The notes beneath the pieces were generated by a model. It ran no database searches. It was not told the origin of the DNA and worked only from the letters and a program-made list of their open reading frames with translations. A DNA stretch of 64,000 nucleotides from Planctomycetota bacterium (GTDB lineage: Bacteria; Planctomycetota; GCA-002687715; CAIWVZ01), in the NCBI GenBank assembly GCA_044222185.1, contig JBGANV010000011.1, positions 1-64,000 of the forward strand, written 5' to 3'. The first letter of the stretch is position 1; every line of letters begins with the position of its first letter. This document shows, piece by piece, positions 29,502 through 40,530 of this stretch. The translations under genes were made by a program, and so were the position numbers.

Positions 29502-32500
29502 TCACGGCCCGGGCGCATGCTTTCGAACGTCCTCCCAGAGCGCGCTCCACGCCCGCGCCTCGGTCGGAGGGACCGATTCCAAGCCCGGCGGCACGGTCCC
29601 GCGATAAGGAGCGAGGTCCTCGGCTTCGATCCAACCCCTGAGCGCCTGGCGAATCGCGTCGGCGTCAATCGCGCCGGACTCACGCGCGGCGACGAGCGCC
29701 ATCAGTTCCGCACGGAGCCAACTCAATCCCTGCGCTCGCCACTCTGCACGGGACTCCGCCGTCAGCCCGGCCGCATCCGCAGCCCGTCCCGCGCCGAGGC
29801 GCGCCGCGGCGCAGGCGGCATCGAAGCGGCAACCGAACGGGGGAAGTTCCGCGGTCAACTCCGGGCGCGCGAACACCTCCTTCCAGATCCGAGCGCGTGC
29901 GAGGTCGAGCTTCTTCGCATGGCACACGGTGATGATCGCTTGAACCTCGGACCCGGTTTCGGGACGACTTACGCCAGCGAGCAACTCGGCGTTGTTCAGC
30001 CAATCCTCGGTCGGCCAGTTTGCGGTCGGGTCGGCAGCAGCCAGCTCCTTCACCTTGCGGTACGCAACCAGAGCATCGGCATAGCGCCCGGAGGCTTGCA
30101 GGCATGCGGCCAGGTTGATCCAACACCCGAGGTGATGCGGATCGATGTGCGTCGCCTCGCGATAGGTGTCGATGGCTTCGGTGCTCTCCCCCACCCGGTC
30201 CAAGGCGATTCCCAGGTTGAACCGGTAGGTGGCGTTCCGCGGATCGAGCGACACAGCCCGCTTGAACTCGAGGATCCCCGGCTTCGGCTCGCCGCGTTCG
30301 CAGAGAACGATCGCCTTCTCGAAATGCGCGTCGGCGAATCCCTCGTCGAGTTCGAGGGCGCGACCAACGGAGACCAGAGCCCCGTCCAGGTCGTGCTGGG
30401 ACCTGAGGAAGCTCGCGAGCGCGACGTGTGGCCGGGGCAACTCTGGTCGGGCGGCCACCGCGCGCCGGTGTAGATCGAGCGCGTCGTCCATTTCGCCTCG
30501 ATCGCGATGGATGACGGCCATGTTGATGAGGCTCGATGCATCACGCGGGTCGAGTCGAATGGCGTCGGCATAGCTTCGGAGGGCGTGGTCGTGATCGCCG
30601 TGCTCCTGCAACTCGCGCCCGAGTCGGAACCGGAGCGCTGCGTTTTCCGGTGAAAGCTCGATGGCCCTCTCGAACGCCGCAACCGCCGCAGCCGTGTCGC
30701 CGCACTCCGAACGGTTCAGGGCGACGTTCGTCCATGCATTGACGTCCTGTGGAGTGAGCCGGACGATTTCCTCGAAATGGTCGCGCGCGCCCCGGATGTC
30801 GCCGCCTTCGCGCAGACTCATCGCGAGTCGGTTCCGCGCCAACACGCTCTGCGGACGTACGGCGAGCGCAGCCCGGTAGTACCCGATCCCCTCCGTGCCG
30901 CCGAGCGCGGCCCCGAGGGCCACGTTCAGCCAGAAGTCCGCCGGATGCGCAAGCACGGCCGCACGACGGACGGCCAGCGATCGCTCACGCTCGCCGACGG
31001 CCTCGAGGGCCGCGATCAACAACTCGAACGCGGATGGCGGCAGCCTCGAGAGGTCATTCGATGCCGCGAGCGCCAGAAGCGTCGCCCGGTCCCGCTCCCG
31101 CGCGGCCCGCCGGATGCGCGCGCGGAGCGCGTCTCCATCGGCACCGTCCGCGATTCGCGAGACGCGGTCCCACGTCGGCGCCTGCTCGGGCTTGAACGTT
31201 CTTCCCGTCTGGGCCCACTCATCGAGCGCGGCGATCAACTCCGGCGCAAGCCGGCTGGCGCGGATCTTGTCGGTCGCGAGGGCCTCAGGCAGGGCGTCGA
31301 GGTCGATCCCGTAGTCCCCAATCGCCTTCCCGTAGCTCGCGATCAAGGTACGGCCCGATGCGTGAACACCGTGATCGCCTCGGATCTGCTCGAGTCTCTC
31401 GCGCATCCTCGAATCGACGTCGAACTGCCGTGCCGCGATCTCGGCGCGAGCCAGCTCGACCTCCAGCTCACGCAGGAGCCTCTCGGCGCGCGAGCGGGTC
31501 TCGTCGAAAGCCGATCCTTCCGTCGACAGATTCACGCACCTACGCGCGGCATCGACCGCGGCACGCCAATGCGAAGGATCCGGATTCGGAGATGCCTGCG
31601 CCCGCTGTCGATGGAGCGCAGCCTCGGCCATGGTGTCACCCATTTGCCGTCTGAGGCGCTCCGCGCGTTCCTGGCGAGCTTGCTGGGCCGTCATCCAGGT
31701 GGCGGCTCCGCCCACGACGCAGATCAGCACGAGGACGGCCGTCGTCGTGACGAACCTGCGCGCGCGCCGCTCAGCATGAGCCGTACGAACCGCCTCCTCC
31801 GTGCGAGCCGACGCGGCTGCTGCGTCCAACGCCGCGACGCGAGCCCGCTCCTCGCCCGCCGAGAGGTGTACGGCAAACGATGCGGCGACCTCGGACGCAT
31901 CAGCGGGACGAAGCTCCGGGGTCGCATCGAGACAGCGCCGCACGAGTTCTCGCAATTCCTGGTCGGCGTCACAGGCGTCCAACCGCCGCCAGGCATCGGA
32001 CAGATGCGCTGCGGCGGCGCAGTCGCGTACCTCCCGGTCGGTCGCGCCGGGCCACGGCGGCTCTCCGGTCAGAATCTCGCACAGGATCGCCCCCAGTTGG
32101 AAAACGTCCGTCCGCCGATCGATGCGCGCAACCTCACCGCGCGCCTGTTCCGGAGCCATGTACGCCGGAGTCCCCATCACGGACCCAGGCAGAGAGTGCG
32201 CCCGATGCGGGTGAGGCGGTCGGCTTGACGTCGGTTCGGTTTGAGGATGGTCGGGGACCGCGGCGGATTCGAACCCGCCAACCACCTTGGCCAGCCCCCA
32301 ATCCATCACCTGAACCTCGCCGAATTCCCCCACCATCACATTCGCGGGTTTGAGATCGCGGTGGACGATCCCTCTCGAATGGGCGTAGGCGACGGCCTGG
32401 CAGATCCGGTCGAAGATGGACATGTGCCGCCGCCGATCCTCCGTCGGCATCGAGCGGCGCCGCAGGAGTCTCGAGAACGTCTGTCCTTCCACGAGTTTCA

Positions 32501-32918
32501 TCGCGATAAACGCGCGCCCATCGCGGAGTGTGCCGCAATCATGGATTGGCACGCAGGCGGGATGCTGCAAGCGACCCGCGATGCGCGCCTCATACAGGAA
32601 CCGCTGCACGCGCTCCGGCTCGGCATCGGGTCGCGGGGCGAGCACCTTCAATGCAACCACCCGATCGAGGAGGTCGTCATGCGCACGCCAGACTTCTCCC
32701 ATTCCACCGCGTCCCAGTTGCTCGACGATCCGGTACCGCTCGTTTCGGTCAGCCTGATCGAATGGTCTGGACAGGCGATCGAGGACGCGCCGTACGAGCC
32801 CATCCTCGCTGGGTGCGGCGCGCAAAGCCTGGTTGCGAAGTGCGTTCGACAGCAAAGCGTCAAGAACAGGATCGTCGCCTCGCCCGTCTTCCATGCCTCC
32901 AAGAACCTCGTCGCTCAT
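29502..32918 (-). CDS. Hanks-type Ser/Thr kinase with TM segment and TPR repeats
   Basis: LGRGGMGEV, VALK, HRDLKPAN, DWGLAK, GTPAYMAPE, DVFQLG; TM TTAVLVLICVVGGAATW; multiple TPRs. Confidence 0.95.
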   Translation of the reverse strand: MSDEVLGGMEDGRGDDPVLDALLSNALRNQALRAAPSEDGLVRRVLDRLSRPFDQADRNERYRIVEQLGRGGMGEVWRAHDDLLDRVVALKVLAPRPDAEPERVQRFLYEARIAGRLQHPACVPIHDCGTLRDGRAFIAMKLVEGQTFSRLLRRRSMPTEDRRRHMSIFDRICQAVAYAHSRGIVHRDLKPANVMVGEFGEVQVMDWGLAKVVGGFESAAVPDHPQTEPTSSRPPHPHRAHSLPGSVMGTPAYMAPEQARGEVARIDRRTDVFQLGAILCEILTGEPPWPGATDREVRDCAAAAHLSDAWRRLDACDADQELRELVRRCLDATPELRPADASEVAASFAVHLSAGEERARVAALDAAAASARTEEAVRTAHAERRARRFVTTTAVLVLICVVGGAATWMTAQQARQERAERLRRQMGDTMAEAALHRQRAQASPNPDPSHWRAAVDAARRCVNLSTEGSAFDETRSRAERLLRELEVELARAEIAARQFDVDSRMRERLEQIRGDHGVHASGRTLIASYGKAIGDYGIDLDALPEALATDKIRASRLAPELIAALDEWAQTGRTFKPEQAPTWDRVSRIADGADGDALRARIRRAARERDRATLLALAASNDLSRLPPSAFELLIAALEAVGERERSLAVRRAAVLAHPADFWLNVALGAALGGTEGIGYYRAALAVRPQSVLARNRLAMSLREGGDIRGARDHFEEIVRLTPQDVNAWTNVALNRSECGDTAAAVAAFERAIELSPENAALRFRLGRELQEHGDHDHALRSYADAIRLDPRDASSLINMAVIHRDRGEMDDALDLHRRAVAARPELPRPHVALASFLRSQHDLDGALVSVGRALELDEGFADAHFEKAIVLCERGEPKPGILEFKRAVSLDPRNATYRFNLGIALDRVGESTEAIDTYREATHIDPHHLGCWINLAACLQASGRYADALVAYRKVKELAAADPTANWPTEDWLNNAELLAGVSRPETGSEVQAIITVCHAKKLDLARARIWKEVFARPELTAELPPFGCRFDAACAAARLGAGRAADAAGLTAESRAEWRAQGLSWLRAELMALVAARESGAIDADAIRQALRGWIEAEDLAPYRGTVPPGLESVPPTEARAWSALWEDVRKHAPGP

Positions 32919-33010
32919 CGAACGCTCGCCTCCAGTGACCGTCCTCTCTCTATCCAGCGTCGATCTCGTTTTCGCCCTGCATCACGCGTGCGCTCGACAG
33001 CGGACAGCGC

Positions 33011-33706
33011 TCACACCGGGTCCCCCCGGACCAGTCGGAGGAGTTCTTCGAACACCTTGCTTGGTTCAGTCCGAGGTTCGGTCCCGTGCCGGGCGAGTAC
33101 CCGCAGCAGCACGTCCTTGAATTCCTTGCGGGCCCGGGCGTACTCGTGATGAATAAGCGCGGCATCGGCCGACCACCGAGCCGCGATCGCGCGAATCGGC
33201 TGTTCGTCGTAGAAGCGCAATCGCAGGATTTCGACCCGCCGCTCGGCGGTGGAACCCTTGGCCGTGGCTTCCCGGTTGAATTCGTCGAGCGCCGTCTGAA
33301 GGATCATCGTCGCCCATGCACGATCGAACACGGCTGAGACACGGTCGTCGCTCCGGTTCAGGTCGTCGGCGTCGAGCGCGGCCGGGAACTGACCCTCCCG
33401 CGGGGCGCGAAGCCGGCTCTCGTAGCGCAGCGCCACGATCCGTGACACTCCGTAGATGAAGGACTTGAACGTGGTGGCGCGGGCCCGCTCGGCGCACGCC
33501 AGTGCGCCGCCGTCGCGAAGGCAGTCGAGCAAGACGTCCTGCACCGCATCCTCGACGTGCTGCGAGTACCGCGGACTACTCCATCGAGATCGGAAGACGG
33601 ATCGGATCACGGGTGCATAGCGTCGAACGAACTCCTCGCGTTCCTGCGCTCTCCCAGCAGCCGCGCCCTCGATCATGGTCCAACATGTGGTCTCCAGAGG
33701 AATCAC
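33011..33706 (-). CDS. ECF sigma factor, kinase-associated planctomycete type
   Basis: N-terminal TCWTMI, region 2 FVRRY..VEDAVQD..FKSFI, FDRAWA linker, region 4 HTH; directly upstream of the kinase gene. Confidence 0.85.
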   Translation of the reverse strand: MIPLETTCWTMIEGAAAGRAQEREEFVRRYAPVIRSVFRSRWSSPRYSQHVEDAVQDVLLDCLRDGGALACAERARATTFKSFIYGVSRIVALRYESRLRAPREGQFPAALDADDLNRSDDRVSAVFDRAWATMILQTALDEFNREATAKGSTAERRVEILRLRFYDEQPIRAIAARWSADAALIHHEYARARKEFKDVLLRVLARHGTEPRTEPSKVFEELLRLVRGDPV

Positions 33707-33919
33707 GCGGGCATCCTATTGCCGGTCGCGGCGGTCGTGGTCGTCCGGCCGGAAATTGCACGCAGCGCCTCACCGAGCGTGTGCCCCCTACCAACGGAAA
33801 GGGAACCCTCAGCCCAAGAGATGCCACATCGGACCCAGACGTTCCCATCGACTGCAACCCCGCTCGCCTGTACGATCCCGGCTCCGCCCGGCCGGATACC
33901 GGGTGGGAGGGAGCTCCGC

Positions 33920-35983
33920 ATGAGACAGGCACGCAGCGTCGCCGCGTGGGTCGCGCTTCTGGCGGCCGGCGTCGTAGCCCAGGCACCTTCCGCCAAGGAT
34001 CTGCGATCCCTGCTTTGCGCCGACGTGAAGACGTGGGAGGCATCGGGCCGGCTGGTCGCAAGCTGGCCCATGACCGCGCGCGGCGAGTTGGCATCGTTCG
34101 AGACCTACCCGGAGGGTGAGCCCAAGGTCGCCGAAACGGGCACCGTGATCCGCAACGGCAAGGAGAACGTCGGCTTCATCCGCTTCAAGGAGCTTCACTT
34201 CACCGAGCCGTGCAGGATCAGCGCCGACATGCAGGTCGAGACCGAGTCGACCGGCTTCCTCGTCGAAGTCGCGGACTCCAACGATCAGCTGAAGCGCATC
34301 ATGGCGGGCGCGAACGTCCACATCTTCTCCGATTCGGCGCGCCGGGCCGACTTCCTCGGCATCTCGGAGAACGGCAAGCCCGTGGGCAAGCCGTCCTATC
34401 AGAACACTTCCGTCATCGCGAAGCGCGTCGTGCCGGTGAGTCTGGACGTGCGCAACCAGACGCTCACGTTCTCGGTCGGCAGCACGAAGGTCGGACCGTT
34501 CACCACGCTCGTGCCCAAGTCGTTCTCGATCCACTTCGTCGCGCAAGGGGGAACGGCGACGATCAAGAACGTGGCCATCGACGGCCGGGTCGTCCCCGAG
34601 ACGATGCGCAAGCTGGTCGGGTCGCTCGCCGCGCACGAGAAGGCGGGCGCTGCGATCGTCGCCGAAAAGACCGGCGAGCTCGCGTCGATCGCCGTCGAGC
34701 GCGAGATGGCGAAGGCGCCGCCGTGCCCTGCCCTGGGGGAAGAATTCGACAAGCTCGCCTCGTCGCTCCAGGAACAGGCGAGGCGCGGCATGGACGCGCT
34801 GGACCACGGGCGACTCGCCGAAGGACTCGACGTCCTGAAGCAGTGCGCGTTCTCCGCCGACAAGAACGCTGCGATCGAGTTCCTGTATGGCCAGGCGCTC
34901 GTCGTCGCGGGCATCGCCGACGAGGCTCGAACGCACCTGGAAACGGCGACCGCGGCGCGATGGGACTTGAGCGACGCATGGATCACGCTCGCCGGAGTTC
35001 ACGCACGGGACGGGAACACGGATCAGGCGTTGGCGAGCCTGGACAAGGCCGCGAAGGCCGCGCCGAAGAATCCGTGGGTGTTCGTCGTGCGCGCCCGAAC
35101 GCTCCTCGACGATGGCCGCGCGGCGGAGGCGGCCGCCGCGCTCAAGATCGCAGCCGAGCTCAACCCCGAGTCCAAGGGCATCGCGTTGTTCGCCAAGGAC
35201 GTGGCGCGCCTGCAGAGCCGACCCCAGTGGAAGACGCCGTTCTCGAGCCCTCGCAAGAACTACGTCGTCGAGTGCGGAATCTCGCCCAAGTACGCCGCCG
35301 ACCTGGCGTCGAAGCTCACGGTCTATCGCGGGTTCCTCGAGAAGGCGTTCCCCCTCGGCATCGAGCAGAAGACGCCGTCGCGCGTCTGGGTGTTCGACTC
35401 GCAGGAGGAGTACATGCTGTTCAGCAGCACGCTCTCCCATCGCATGGAACACACGGCAGGTCTCTATCACCCGTCGATCAAGACGCTCCTCCTCATCGCC
35501 AACGTGGACGCGGAGGCCACGCGGCAGACGCTCTTCCACGAGGCGTTCCACCAATACCTGGACGTCGCCGTGAACCGTCCGCCGATCTGGTTCAACGAAG
35601 GGCTGGCCGAGTACTTCGGATCGACGTCGTTCGACGTCTCGAATCGGCCCACGGAGGCCCAGATCCTCCGCGAGCGGTTGTTCTCGCTGAAGGGCCGCGA
35701 GATGTTCCCGTTCTCGCGACTCATGACGCTGACGCCCGGTGCGTTCATGAACGAGAAGATCGTCTCCCAGTGCTACGCCCAGTCGTGGGCCATGGTCCAC
35801 TTCTTCAAGCGCGGGCCGAGCACGGATGCCGCCGCCCTGTTCTCCGAGTACACGCGTGCGATCCTCTCGAAGAAGTCCGGCGCCGATGCGTACGCCGAGA
35901 CTTTCGGAGCCAAACCGGCCCAACTGAGCCTCATCGAGGCGGCGTTCGCCGAGTACGTGAAGAACCTCATCGACCACATGTGA
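33920..35983 (+). CDS. Secreted TPR + DUF1570 (HExxH gluzincin-like) protein
   Basis: ATG 33920 after GGAGG; signal ..AAGVVA/Q; TPRs; TLFHEAFHQY..PIWFNEGLAEYF; YAQSWAMVHF. Confidence 0.85.
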   Translation: MRQARSVAAWVALLAAGVVAQAPSAKDLRSLLCADVKTWEASGRLVASWPMTARGELASFETYPEGEPKVAETGTVIRNGKENVGFIRFKELHFTEPCRISADMQVETESTGFLVEVADSNDQLKRIMAGANVHIFSDSARRADFLGISENGKPVGKPSYQNTSVIAKRVVPVSLDVRNQTLTFSVGSTKVGPFTTLVPKSFSIHFVAQGGTATIKNVAIDGRVVPETMRKLVGSLAAHEKAGAAIVAEKTGELASIAVEREMAKAPPCPALGEEFDKLASSLQEQARRGMDALDHGRLAEGLDVLKQCAFSADKNAAIEFLYGQALVVAGIADEARTHLETATAARWDLSDAWITLAGVHARDGNTDQALASLDKAAKAAPKNPWVFVVRARTLLDDGRAAEAAAALKIAAELNPESKGIALFAKDVARLQSRPQWKTPFSSPRKNYVVECGISPKYAADLASKLTVYRGFLEKAFPLGIEQKTPSRVWVFDSQEEYMLFSSTLSHRMEHTAGLYHPSIKTLLLIANVDAEATRQTLFHEAFHQYLDVAVNRPPIWFNEGLAEYFGSTSFDVSNRPTEAQILRERLFSLKGREMFPFSRLMTLTPGAFMNEKIVSQCYAQSWAMVHFFKRGPSTDAAALFSEYTRAILSKKSGADAYAETFGAKPAQLSLIEAAFAEYVKNLIDHM

Positions 35984-36053
35984 CGGGTCCGAGGTGGATT
36001 CGTATCGGCCGCCCGTGCGGCCCGCGCCGAATCCTCAGTAGAGTGCCCGCTCC

Positions 36054-37982
36054 ATGGCGCTCCTCACCGTCTCGAACGTTCATCTCGCCTACGAGGATCG
36101 TCACCTCCTTCGCGGGGTCGCGCTGTCGATCGACGAGGGCGAACGCGTGGGACTCCTCGGCCAGAACGGCTCGGGAAAGTCGTCGCTGCTGTCGATCCTC
36201 GCTGGGATCAAGCAGCCCGACGAAGGCGAGCGCACGACGCGCCGCAACCTCCGCATCGGGTTTCTCCAGCAGGAGCCGCCGCTCGATCCGTCGCTGAAGA
36301 TCCGTGACGCCGTGCGACTCGGCATCGAGGGTCGTGAGGAAGTGCTGGAGGCGCTCGAGAAACTCCACGCGGCCTTCGAAGATCCCACGCTCTCCCCCGA
36401 TCGGCTCGAATCCCTCCTCGCCAAGCAGGCCCAGCTGGAAGACCGGCTCGAACATCTGGGCGGACACGACATCGAGCATCGGGTCGAGACCATGGTCCAC
36501 CACCTGGGATTGCGCGACGCCGACGCGCCGTGTGCGAACCTCTCCGGCGGCGAGCGGCGCCGCGTGGCTCTCGCCCGGCTGCTCTTGAGCGAGCCGGACC
36601 TCCTCCTCCTCGACGAGCCCACCAACCATCTCGACGCCGTCGTCACGGACTGGCTGGAGGATTGGCTCCTCGACACCCAAGTGCCGCTCTTGATGGTCAC
36701 CCACGATCGTTACTTCCTCGATCGCATCGCCGATCGGATCGTCGAGCTCGACCGCGGCAAGCTCTACTCCTACGACGGCAACTACTCGGACTACCTGGTC
36801 TCGCGCGCCGAACGCGACGACGTCGAGCGCCACATGGATCAGGTCCGCAAGAACACCCTGCGCCGCGAGACGGCGTGGATTCGCCGCGGTCCACCCGCGC
36901 AGCGCAAGAAGTCGAAGGCGCGCCTCGCCCATTATTCGAATCTCGTCGAGTCGAAGCCCGAGGGCCCGAACGCGACGTTGGAATTCGAGATCCCGCCCGG
37001 CCCGCGCCTGGGTACGCGCGTCATCCGACTGAAAGGCGTCAGCAAGTCGTTTGGCGATCGGGTGATCGTCCCCCCGACGGATCTGGAGATAGGCCCCGGC
37101 GAGTGCATCGGCGTCGTGGGTCCCAACGGCGCCGGCAAGAGCACGTTCTTGAAGCTCTGTACGGGTGTGCTCGCGCCGGACACGGGCGAAGTGCTGATCG
37201 CGGATTCGGTCCGCATCGCCGCCATCGATCAACAGCGCAGCGAGCTCGATCCCGAGCGCACCGTGCTCGAGGAAGTGGCCGGCAAGAGCAGCTACGTGCA
37301 GGTCGGCGATCGCCAGGTGCGCGTCGAGACCTTCCTCGAGCAGTTCCTCTTCCCCGGCGATCGCAAGCACCAGCGAATTTCCAAGCTCTCCGGTGGCGAG
37401 CGCAACCGCATCCTTCTCGCCAAGCTCCTGGGCAAGGGCGGCAACGTGCTCGTCCTCGACGAGCCGACGAACGATCTGGACGTGTCCACCCTGCGCGTGC
37501 TCGAAGAGGCCGTCGCCGGTTTCGTCGGCACGACGCTCGTCGTCAGCCACGATCGCTGGTTCCTCGACCGCGTCGCGAAGCGCATCGTGTTCTTCGACGG
37601 CGAGGGCGGCATGCGGATCCACGAAGGATCGCTGACGCTCCTGCTCGAACGCGTCGCCGCGGAGCGCCTCGCGGCGGAGGCCGAGGAGAAGGAACGGGAG
37701 CGGGCCCGGCAGAAGCGGGGCACGGCCAAACCGGCAGCACCGCCGGTCCCCAAGCTCAGTCACAACGAGCGCAAGGAGCTCGATGGACTGCCGGATCGCA
37801 TCACGGCCGCCGAGGGCCGCGTCGCCAGCCTCGACGCCAGGCTCTCCGATCCGGGCTTCTACTCGTCGCCGCGCGCGGATCAGGACCGCGTCATCGCCGA
37901 CCGCAAGGCCGCGGCCGACGCAGTCCAAGCGCTCTACGCGCGATGGGAAGAGCTGGACGCCCTGTCGCGCACGACGGCGTAG
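36054..37982 (+). CDS. uup: ABC-F family ATPase, Uup-like
   Basis: Two ABC domains (GQNGSGKS, LSGGE, LDEPTNHLD; GPNGAGKS, LSGGERNR, LDEPTNDLD), no TM, C-terminal KLS..E.KEL...YARWEEL coiled coil. Confidence 0.88.
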   Translation: MALLTVSNVHLAYEDRHLLRGVALSIDEGERVGLLGQNGSGKSSLLSILAGIKQPDEGERTTRRNLRIGFLQQEPPLDPSLKIRDAVRLGIEGREEVLEALEKLHAAFEDPTLSPDRLESLLAKQAQLEDRLEHLGGHDIEHRVETMVHHLGLRDADAPCANLSGGERRRVALARLLLSEPDLLLLDEPTNHLDAVVTDWLEDWLLDTQVPLLMVTHDRYFLDRIADRIVELDRGKLYSYDGNYSDYLVSRAERDDVERHMDQVRKNTLRRETAWIRRGPPAQRKKSKARLAHYSNLVESKPEGPNATLEFEIPPGPRLGTRVIRLKGVSKSFGDRVIVPPTDLEIGPGECIGVVGPNGAGKSTFLKLCTGVLAPDTGEVLIADSVRIAAIDQQRSELDPERTVLEEVAGKSSYVQVGDRQVRVETFLEQFLFPGDRKHQRISKLSGGERNRILLAKLLGKGGNVLVLDEPTNDLDVSTLRVLEEAVAGFVGTTLVVSHDRWFLDRVAKRIVFFDGEGGMRIHEGSLTLLLERVAAERLAAEAEEKERERARQKRGTAKPAAPPVPKLSHNERKELDGLPDRITAAEGRVASLDARLSDPGFYSSPRADQDRVIADRKAAADAVQALYARWEELDALSRTTA

Positions 37983-38001
37983 TCGCACGCGACGCGCGAC
38001 G

Positions 38002-40467
38002 TCACCGCGGCTCGCTCGGACGCGACGTCGCCGCCTGACGCGTCGCGATCATGCGCCCGCCGATGCGCTCGAGCGCGTCCGAGGCCGCGGCACTCACCGA
38101 CGGGTCCTGGTCCTGGACCAGCTCGAGCAACGAGCCGACGGCCGTTGCATCTCCGAGCGCGCCGAAGGCGAACGCCGCGGCGCGACGCTCGATGGGCTTC
38201 TCGCTCTTCAGCAGCTTCTGGGCCGCATCGAGCGCGGCGCCACGCGCGTCGCCGCCGTCCGCGCCGAATTCGTCCTTCAAGCGGCGCCGCTCGCGGAGCT
38301 TCGTCAGCGCATCTTGAGCCGTCGCCTGGATGCCCGGGTCCTGATCATCGAGCAACGCCACGAGGCGAGGGGCCGCGGCGAAGACACACCGTTCTCCAGC
38401 GAACCGCGCGATGGCTGACAACATCCGGCGATCGGCCGCTTCGAGCGCCACGACGGTGGCGGCGGCCGCATCGGCAGGGCTCACCTCGTAGAACCGCTCC
38501 AGGAAGCGCGCATCGATGAGCCGCTTCGGCACGCGCGCAACGAACGCGCGCATCACGCTGCCATCCAGCTTCTGGTCTGCGCCGGCCCGTCCCCCAACCA
38601 TCGCCCACGGCACCGACGCGGCGCCCGCGCTCTCGGCCATGCGCACGAGATCCTCCACGGCTCCATCTCCGATACGAGTGACCATCGCGGCCGCGATGAC
38701 CGCGAAGGGCGGATCTCCCTTCTTCGCTCGCGACTTCGCGACGAACGCTCGGACGTCCGGCAACACCGTCGCACCGGCGATCTCGACCATGAGCGCCAGG
38801 TCGTGCGCACGGTCGCCGTCGTCTTGCGGTTTACGCGCGCGCAGCGCCGGAATGAGCGCCGGGTCCCGAACGTGGTCCGCGAACTCGTGCGCCCGACTCG
38901 CCAGCTCCAGATCCAACGACGCCAGGTCCTCCAAGAGAAACCGCGGAAGCGGCTGAGGTGTCGTCAATCCTGCCCCCCGATTGGCGGCGCCGTACGCCGC
39001 CATGCGAACCTTCGGATCGGACTCCTCGAGAAGCCGCACGCGGATCGCATCGCTCGCGCGGTCCTGGCCGAGCACCGCATGGGCCAGGGCGGCGCGGCAC
39101 TGCCCTGGAGCCAGACTGGGGAGAAGCTCGAGCACCCACCGCTCGAACTCTTCGGGTTTGAGATTCCGCGCGACGATCTGCGTCATGGACTGCACCATCG
39201 AACCGATCCCCCCGCGGACCCGTTCCTCGGTGGACGGCGCGATTGCGCTCGCTGTGGCCTTCAGCCATCCGGCCATCTGCTCCGGCGAGAGCGTGCGAGT
39301 CGCCCGGGTGTTCCACGCGACGCGATATTCCGTTTCGCCGCGCAGCCAGGTATCCACGCCGTCCTTCAACGACCGAAGCCCGCCCTGATGAACGAGGTCC
39401 GCCACGTCCTGCGGCCAGGATCGCGGGTATTGCCCGAACACACCGGCGGCCTCCATGCGCACCGACCGGTCATCGTTGTCGAGGAGGACGGCCGCGTGGC
39501 GAAGCGCTGAGTCCTCGATCGTCGGCGTGACGTCCGGCCCTCCCATCGCGGCGCGCGCCGCGTGGAGCGCCAGCGTGCGCTCGGCGATCTCCGCGGAGTT
39601 CAACGCGGCGAGGATCGAGGTCTCGACCGTCGACGTGGGGATGCGAAAGCTCCGATCGCCAATCCATGCGAGCGCGCGCTGCCGAACGGATCCGGTGCGA
39701 TGCGTCAGAGCCATCGCTGCGAGCTCCGCGACCCGGGACTCGAGGGACTTCCGCTGCGTCGTCCTGCTCTCCGCGAGCACATCGCACGCCATGCCGTTGA
39801 TCCGCGGATCGACGTGCCGCAATCCTGCCTCGATGATGGCGAATCGCGCGTCCGTTTCCGTCGTCAGCCGCCGTGCGGAGATCAGCGCAGCCTCGGCGAC
39901 GCCCAGGCGCGGGTCGGAGGCCATCGCGACCAATTCCGCCAGCGAAGCCGGCGTCTGCTGTTCGGCGTAGACGGAGGCGATCTTGCGTGCCAGCTCGGCC
40001 GTCGCGTGCTCGATCAACGGTTTCAGGTGCGGCAGGGCGCGGTCCTGGAGCGCCACGAGCTCGAGCTTGGCGGATGGCTCGGGCATGCGGTTGAGTAGTG
40101 CAGTGATCAGCATCGCGGTCGCGTCTGCCGGCCGTGACTCGAGCTCGGCCATCGTCGATCGCACGCTCGGGTCGTCGGGAAATCTATTCCCGAGGTCCTT
40201 CACGGCGTCGCGCGCCTCCGCCTCGCGGCCCAGTGCCATCAAGCAGTGGATGCGGCCCACGCCCGCCTTCGCCGCGATGTCCCCCTTCTGCTCCTTCTCC
40301 GCCTCCGCCGCCGCTTCGGCGTACAGTTTCTCCGCCTTGGCGAAGTCGCGCGTGCTCTTCTCTTCGAAGAAGCCGCGCACGTATGCGTCCTCCGCTTTCG
40401 ACTGCGCGAGGAGCGGAGCCGTCAGAACGAGCACGAGGGCCAATGACGTCGAGATGGTGCGATGCAT
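38002..40467 (-). CDS. Secreted alpha-solenoid (TPR-like N-terminus, HEAT repeats) protein
   Basis: Signal MHRTISTSLALVLVLTAPLLA/Q; HEAT-like LVALLDDQDPGIQATAQDAL, LLELVQDQDPSVSAAASDAL. Confidence 0.75.
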   Translation of the reverse strand: MHRTISTSLALVLVLTAPLLAQSKAEDAYVRGFFEEKSTRDFAKAEKLYAEAAAEAEKEQKGDIAAKAGVGRIHCLMALGREAEARDAVKDLGNRFPDDPSVRSTMAELESRPADATAMLITALLNRMPEPSAKLELVALQDRALPHLKPLIEHATAELARKIASVYAEQQTPASLAELVAMASDPRLGVAEAALISARRLTTETDARFAIIEAGLRHVDPRINGMACDVLAESRTTQRKSLESRVAELAAMALTHRTGSVRQRALAWIGDRSFRIPTSTVETSILAALNSAEIAERTLALHAARAAMGGPDVTPTIEDSALRHAAVLLDNDDRSVRMEAAGVFGQYPRSWPQDVADLVHQGGLRSLKDGVDTWLRGETEYRVAWNTRATRTLSPEQMAGWLKATASAIAPSTEERVRGGIGSMVQSMTQIVARNLKPEEFERWVLELLPSLAPGQCRAALAHAVLGQDRASDAIRVRLLEESDPKVRMAAYGAANRGAGLTTPQPLPRFLLEDLASLDLELASRAHEFADHVRDPALIPALRARKPQDDGDRAHDLALMVEIAGATVLPDVRAFVAKSRAKKGDPPFAVIAAAMVTRIGDGAVEDLVRMAESAGAASVPWAMVGGRAGADQKLDGSVMRAFVARVPKRLIDARFLERFYEVSPADAAAATVVALEAADRRMLSAIARFAGERCVFAAAPRLVALLDDQDPGIQATAQDALTKLRERRRLKDEFGADGGDARGAALDAAQKLLKSEKPIERRAAAFAFGALGDATAVGSLLELVQDQDPSVSAAASDALERIGGRMIATRQAATSRPSEPR

Positions 40468-40530
40468 GGTGTGTCTCCCGTGACGTCCTCATTCGACCAT
40501 CGCGGGACCCAAAACCCCGTCCCGGAGTTG

